A program made the position numbers and the translations under genes. This document shows positions 40,316 through 45,040 of a stretch of 45,040 bases of DNA, in pieces. This stretch comes from Candidatus Sumerlaeales bacterium (GTDB lineage: Bacteria > Sumerlaeota > Sumerlaeia > Sumerlaeales > Sumerlaeaceae). Location: contig JBBSQY010000026.1 in assembly GCA_038243585.1 (NCBI GenBank), positions 1 to 45,040 on the forward strand, given 5' to 3'. The notes beneath the pieces are model-generated. The model was not told the DNA's origin. It worked only from the letters and a program-made list of their open reading frames with translations, and did no database searches. The first letter of the stretch is position 1. Every line of letters begins with the position of its first letter.

Positions 40316-41755
40316 ATGAAGTCTTTACCATTATATTGTGGCATTGCAGCAATGTTTTTCGTCGGGTCAGCGTCTGCTCAAAACGTTGACGTGGAAAAGT
40401 TTGAAACGTATGCTGATACAACGTCGTTGCGACTTTTGTGGAAGAGCGTGGCTGGTAACGGAGGCGAAGTCGCCGATCTTGTGGCCACTGGTGGCGCAAA
40501 TGGCAGCGCTCAATGGGCGCAGCTTACCGATACCGGATACACAGCGGGAATTGGGGCAACTAATGTCGTTGCGGCTCCAACTGCTGGAACATATAAATTA
40601 AATTTTTACTATAAAAACGGCTTTGATGGTAAACCGCGTTGGCGTGGTCTAAAAGTAAGTCTTCTGCAGAATTCTTCGGTTGTGCAGACCGTCATAGTTA
40701 ATCCGGGAACGACAGGTGCTGCCCCTGATGTTCCTACTTGGACTTTTGCAGAAAGTGCCCCGTTCACGATTACTGGCGATGCACTTTCCATAAGAGTAGA
40801 CTCAAATGTTTCCAACGGGGCTTTAACAAACTATACAGCGGCAATAGATGAGATCGTCTTAATTAAACAAGTCAATCCGGCGCTAAGCGTTTTTCCTGAT
40901 GATCGAATTTACTTGTCTGGATCGGAAACAATTGTGGCCTCTGTCTCCGGTGGAAGCGGAACATACTCGAAGGTTGATTTTGACGTAAACAACGACGGTA
41001 GTGTTGAGTTCTCAGATACTGCTGCGCCGTTTCAGTACACGTGGAATACACTGGTGGATGTACCTGCTGGCACTTCCCGGACCCTTAGTACGACTCCCGC
41101 AAACACTGCGATACCTTTGAAAATTACGGTAACCGATAGCGCGAGTGGAGTTGCCACCCTTATTGAGAACTACTCGGTAGATAATGAGTTTGGCGGGCGT
41201 GAATCTATGGTTGTCAATGGCGACTTTAGCCAGTTCCAGGACGGAACAAATTTTGGGACGAACTTGCCTGTGGGGTGGACAACACAGTTGGTTTCTCCTA
41301 ACGCCACCTACGGACCTGCTGCTGAAAGTTACAGCCCGGCGGCTGGTCAGTCTCTAAACATTCAGTTTAGCGGTGGGAACAACGAAGACAACACCGATAG
41401 ATATACCCTTCGCACGGATGGCAAAACGGGTCGTTATCGTGATATGCAGGCAACCTGGTGGGGCAAGGGCTCTTTTTGCAGACTCTACTATGCCACAAGC
41501 ACAGATAACGGAGCGACCTTCGTGGTCTCCGCAGAAACCGCTGGCGCGGCGAACAGTAGTTTTTGGGTATTTGTAGTCGAAAGCCCAGTTCAGAGCGGGC
41601 CGGGGCTAGGATTAACAGATACCACACAGGTTTCGCTTGCCACCCATACTCTCGGCGCAGCTGCCGGTGGAGTAAGTTACTTCTGGGATGACTTGACATG
41701 GGAAGGTCTGTTGATTCCTGCAGGCACCGGCGTCAACGAGTGGAATCTCTACTAA
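40316..41755 (+). CDS. Secreted multidomain beta-sandwich protein (CBM-like / Ig-like / CBM-like) with C-terminal VxEWxLY motif
   Basis: GGAGA RBS and a signal peptide ending ASA. VEKFETY...IDEIVL, an Ig-like segment (KVDFDVN...DTAAPFQYTWNT) and VVNGDF...YFWDDLTW. Ends GVNEWNLY. Confidence 0.75.
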   Translation: MKSLPLYCGIAAMFFVGSASAQNVDVEKFETYADTTSLRLLWKSVAGNGGEVADLVATGGANGSAQWAQLTDTGYTAGIGATNVVAAPTAGTYKLNFYYKNGFDGKPRWRGLKVSLLQNSSVVQTVIVNPGTTGAAPDVPTWTFAESAPFTITGDALSIRVDSNVSNGALTNYTAAIDEIVLIKQVNPALSVFPDDRIYLSGSETIVASVSGGSGTYSKVDFDVNNDGSVEFSDTAAPFQYTWNTLVDVPAGTSRTLSTTPANTAIPLKITVTDSASGVATLIENYSVDNEFGGRESMVVNGDFSQFQDGTNFGTNLPVGWTTQLVSPNATYGPAAESYSPAAGQSLNIQFSGGNNEDNTDRYTLRTDGKTGRYRDMQATWWGKGSFCRLYYATSTDNGATFVVSAETAGAANSSFWVFVVESPVQSGPGLGLTDTTQVSLATHTLGAAAGGVSYFWDDLTWEGLLIPAGTGVNEWNLY

Positions 41756-41788
41756 GCAACACTTGTCCACTATAGATTACTGAACTGT

Positions 41789-41830
41789 GTGCAGGAAAAG
41801 GCCAAAAGCCTTTTCCTGCACTTTCTTTTT
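41789..41830 (+). terminator. Intrinsic terminator immediately before the next gene's RBS
   Basis: GTGCAGGAAAAGGC / GCCTTTTCCTGCAC followed by TTTCTTTTT, then GAGGAG. Confidence 0.9.
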
Positions 41831-41845
41831 GAGGAGCCATAATTT

Positions 41846-43414
41846 ATGCTACGTTTCATCGCCACCTTGTTTCTTGTGCTGTCAGGCACCGTGCAATTCG
41901 CCAGCGCCGCCGACACCTATTTTAAATTAGACGATACATCGATCCCCCTGGCTGTGCGGGTAGAAAAAGCGCAAGGGTTGCTTCGCGCTTGGGGATTTGC
42001 ATCTCCGGAATTCGCCGAACAGTTTGTGCTAAACGACGCCGCCAGCACAAGGAAGGTGCAACAGGCACTGAAAACTTTATTAGACCGGAACACCGATTCA
42101 GCCTCGACGGCCGAAAGAGCTTCTTCCGAAGCAGAACATTATGTAACCTGGGCCCTGGCGCGAGCCCAGATGTTAAACGGTCTGGATTTTTCCGACCAGG
42201 CCTTAAGGCATTTTTTTTCTGTTAACCCCAAACAATATCAATGTGAGCCGACGGCAAAAGTGTCTGAGCTGTTGGTGCCCGCCACCTATGTCGACACGCT
42301 GGACACTACGGCTGTGTTGTCCGAAATCGCGCACCGACTGATGTCAGAGCAGTTTGGCCGCGTCGCCTATGAGACTTCTCTTAAATACGGAAAGCCGGAT
42401 CCCGGCTTCAAGGGCGACGTGACCCAAAAAACCGTCGGCGCCGACAGGTTCAAACTTTATAAACTCGCCCAGGCCGCCGGAGGCGTTGGCGGCCCTTACA
42501 AGGTGGCCGACGGTTACCTGTTCGTTCAGGTGCATAAGATTGTTTCCAATGAGGACCAGTGTTATCAGTTCCACCACGACCAGATCGTGCAGGACTACGG
42601 CAGAGAATGGCTCAAAAAGATTTATGCAGACACCCTGACAACCGCCGCACGGCAATTAAAACCTCTGGTAACCGAAGTGACGTCCGTTCCACTGACCAGC
42701 GATATCGCCTACCTCGTAGATGGCCACAGCGTTACCTTCGCACAAGCGCGGGCGACATTGCCATTCTTGTTTGGCGATGATAAAAGCCTGCCCTTCTGGA
42801 AATCAATCCAGCGCCAGGCGCTGGAGGTAGAACTGATCTACCACAGCCAGGCAGGCCAGGCCATTCGCGCATCCGATGAGTACCGACAGCAGCTTAAAGT
42901 TCTAACCCTTCTGAGCGACGCGCAGAAACAGGTGAAGCAGGTACTCGCGCAGGAATCAACAACGGCGTCGATTCAGGCGTGGTATCAACAAAATCGAAAG
43001 CAATTTACAGAGACGACGACCGTTAGTTACACCCTGTACCGATGCGACGCTGCCGCAGGCGCGATTCCAGCGACGACAGTTTCACTTACTGCGGCGCAAT
43101 GTGCCGCGACGCTGGAAAAACTCCGAGGCGATCCCACAGTCGCCCGAAAGCCACTCACCGGCAGCCTGATATCGGAGAAAGTAACCTCTCAGACCTGGGC
43201 GTCAAGGTCGCGGGAAATCCAGGTAGCGTGCCAGGAACTCCGGCCAGGGGAGTGGTCGCAGGTCTTTTCCATCGACGCCAAACCGCAGGTTCTGCACCTT
43301 GAAGCCATTGACCGTAAAACCCCGGAGCCGGCGGAGATATGGCCAGATATAAGCGCGCGCTACGAAATGGATAAACGGATAGAGTACTGGCAGAGATTTG
43401 TCGGAATAATATAA
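41846..43414 (+). CDS. Secreted SurA/PrsA-like foldase with two degenerate parvulin-like modules
   Basis: Signal peptide ending ASA. Repeated architecture: FFSVNPKQY...GGVGGPYKVADGYLFVQV and WYQQNRKQF...ELRPGEWSQVF, resembling the YY..N...F and L.PGE.S.P...GY hallmarks of parvulins. Confidence 0.62.
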   Translation: MLRFIATLFLVLSGTVQFASAADTYFKLDDTSIPLAVRVEKAQGLLRAWGFASPEFAEQFVLNDAASTRKVQQALKTLLDRNTDSASTAERASSEAEHYVTWALARAQMLNGLDFSDQALRHFFSVNPKQYQCEPTAKVSELLVPATYVDTLDTTAVLSEIAHRLMSEQFGRVAYETSLKYGKPDPGFKGDVTQKTVGADRFKLYKLAQAAGGVGGPYKVADGYLFVQVHKIVSNEDQCYQFHHDQIVQDYGREWLKKIYADTLTTAARQLKPLVTEVTSVPLTSDIAYLVDGHSVTFAQARATLPFLFGDDKSLPFWKSIQRQALEVELIYHSQAGQAIRASDEYRQQLKVLTLLSDAQKQVKQVLAQESTTASIQAWYQQNRKQFTETTTVSYTLYRCDAAAGAIPATTVSLTAAQCAATLEKLRGDPTVARKPLTGSLISEKVTSQTWASRSREIQVACQELRPGEWSQVFSIDAKPQVLHLEAIDRKTPEPAEIWPDISARYEMDKRIEYWQRFVGII

Positions 43415-43439
43415 CTCATTCGTCCTGCCTGTGTCTATT

Positions 43440-43462
43440 CCGCCACGGAATTGGCGGTTTGT
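43440..43462 (+). terminator. Weak hairpin, possible terminator
   Basis: CCGCCA / TGGCGG followed by TTTGT. Confidence 0.4.
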
Positions 43463-43605
43463 CCTATAACTAAAGGGGGAGTGGGGAAGCGCATAGATTT
43501 AGGCGTGGAACAAAAGAATTTAAATTAGCTCTTGCAATGGGTAACGCACTCGTCTTAAAACAACTGGGTTACTAGAATTATCATTTTATAAGAAGGACTT
43601 GCTTA

Positions 43606-44595
43606 ATGAAAAAAGTATTTTTAACAGCCGCGGCAGTTGCTGCGATGATTCCCTCTGCTTTTGCTGCCAGAACCGTATCCATGGTTCCTGTAGTAGACCT
43701 AGCTGTTGTAACGCCGGGTGCAATAAATTCTGCAACCTATGTTCCAGATGGTGGCGTTCCGGGCGCGGACAAGTTCTTAACCTATTCAGCCACTTCAGTT
43801 TTGCCACCGGCTGTGTACAACACGGCGGGAACACAGCAGGGAACCCTTCCCTCGACAGGGGTTGCGCCGAGCGGCGGTCAAGGATTTTTCGCATTAACTG
43901 CCGGAGTTGATGGCGTCATTTATGGCTTCGAAAATGGTGCAGTGGATATCTGGAAGTGGGATAGTTTTTCTGACTCGACGCCAATTAAGGCCTATGACAC
44001 GCCACTTGGCTTTCAGCGCGTTGGGTCTGTAGGCGGAACCGGAATCAATACAGTTCTTGCCTTTACAGGTAATGCTACGGCTGGCAAAGTAGAATTTTTC
44101 AGCGGCTCTGCTCCTTTTACCTCCAGCGAAACGCCGACGCTGCTCGGCAAGTCTGGTCTGGCAATTAATACTGCCGGTGATGTTGCGTTTACTGTCGCTG
44201 ATACGGGTCTGAAAATTCGGAAGTTTGTTAAAACCGGTGGTGTCTGGGCAGAAGATACAGCAAACTGGATCATTCCTGGACCTATTGGCGCTGGAGCTCT
44301 CACATACGATTCTGTAAATAATGTATTGTTCTCGTCTCCACAAGCTGGATCTATAAACGGGAAAGTATACGCGTACGATGGCCTCACGGGCGGTGTCCCG
44401 ATCGGTGAGCTCACGTTCACAAATCTTCAGGGAACTGTTCCCGCAAATTGCGGAGGCGTAGCAGTACCAAATGGACCCGGCGGAACAGTCGGTTTTGCAG
44501 CGCGCGGTGCCGCCACAACCGCCACTGCTGTATTCCGTAAACTTACTTACACTGTTACCCCGGATGCCAGCGTTAGCGACTGGACATTGTATTAA
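43606..44595 (+). CDS. Secreted beta-rich (possible beta-propeller) protein with C-terminal VxDWxLY motif
   Basis: AAGGA RBS and a signal peptide ending AFA. Blade-like repeats (ALTAGVDGVIYG, GLAINTAGDVAF, ALTYDSVNNVLF). Ends SVSDWTLY. Confidence 0.75.
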   Translation: MKKVFLTAAAVAAMIPSAFAARTVSMVPVVDLAVVTPGAINSATYVPDGGVPGADKFLTYSATSVLPPAVYNTAGTQQGTLPSTGVAPSGGQGFFALTAGVDGVIYGFENGAVDIWKWDSFSDSTPIKAYDTPLGFQRVGSVGGTGINTVLAFTGNATAGKVEFFSGSAPFTSSETPTLLGKSGLAINTAGDVAFTVADTGLKIRKFVKTGGVWAEDTANWIIPGPIGAGALTYDSVNNVLFSSPQAGSINGKVYAYDGLTGGVPIGELTFTNLQGTVPANCGGVAVPNGPGGTVGFAARGAATTATAVFRKLTYTVTPDASVSDWTLY

Positions 44596-44599
44596 GTTT

Positions 44600-44632
44600 T
44601 AACCGCAACACGTAACCGCAACACGTAACCGC
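44600..44632. repeat. 13-bp tandem repeat, 2.5 copies
   Basis: TAACCGCAACACG TAACCGCAACACG TAACCGC. Confidence 0.85.
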
Positions 44633-44642
44633 TAAAACTCTG

Positions 44643-44677
44643 CTCGGGTTCCGGATTTCCGGACCCCGAGTTTTTTT
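44643..44677 (+). terminator. Intrinsic terminator
   Basis: CTCGGGTTCCGGA / TCCGGACCCCGAG followed by a T run. Confidence 0.88.
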
Positions 44678-44764
44678 ATTGCCAGGAATTCCTATCACGC
44701 CTTTTGGACATTGAGACGGAATAGATGAGTATCTATTCAGACTCCTATTCCTCGGTCTTTAGGT

Positions 44765-44847
44765 GCGCCGAAGGTGTTGCATGGGATAGCCCAGGGTGAA
44801 ACCCTGGGAGTCGGAACAAAAAGATTCAATCCTGAAGGGATGACATA
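44765..44847. repeat. Palindromic element CCCAGGGT-GAA-ACCCTGGG flanked by (G/C)C(C/T)GAAGG motifs
   Basis: Perfect 8-bp stem at 44790-44808, with GCCGAAGG upstream and CCTGAAGGG downstream. Single copy in this window. Confidence 0.45.
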
Positions 44848-45040
44848 GTTAACAAATCTGAAATGGCAAAAGATCCGAGTATCAGCCGGCCCTAATCATA
44901 CCTGCCATTTCCCTTCAAATAACCTTCCCGCCGGAATTTAGACACTCTGAGATATCGAGAGGGAACATTATGTTGTCATTGTGGAAAACTATCCGGCTGG
45001 TCCTAACGGCGTCGGCGCAGCAGGTTACGGTCGGCGGTCA

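Noticed and set aside
44970..45040. Possible gene start (MLSLWKTIRLVLTASAQQ...) at the window edge
   Set aside because: Only about 23 codons are visible, too few to support a call.

Overview
A 45-kb bacterial chromosomal window with no prophage, integrase, transposase or CRISPR array that I can see. The core scaffold is rsmB (partial), tsf, gyrB, glgP, tRNA-Gln(CTG), infA-rpmJ-rpsM-rpsK-(small inserted membrane gene)-rpsD-rpoA-rplQ, a bifunctional Rel/SpoT, yggS, proC and spmA/spmB-like genes. Many genes for secreted or envelope proteins are interleaved. The strongest unexplained signal is that three otherwise dissimilar Sec-signal-peptide proteins (7992-9488, 40316-41755, 43606-44595) end in the same 8-residue motif, [SG]-V-[NS]-[DE]-W-[SNT]-[LV]-Y-stop, with no transmembrane helix or basic tail. 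One is followed directly by a pilin/pseudopilin-like gene (one of two paralogs sharing a C-terminal SxGPD...YDATNGxxSxGxIxR signature). The other two flank a secreted tandem parvulin/SurA-like foldase. I infer a candidate lineage-specific C-terminal sorting or surface-display system. From memory only, these features resemble Candidatus Sumerlaeota (BRC1); this is unverified. Other observations are GTAG-type REP-like repeats, a structured leader before rpsD, broken canonical synteny (gyrB-tsf, divergent yggS/proC) and sharp local strand-skew changes. Protein calls rest on motif recognition, not database searches.
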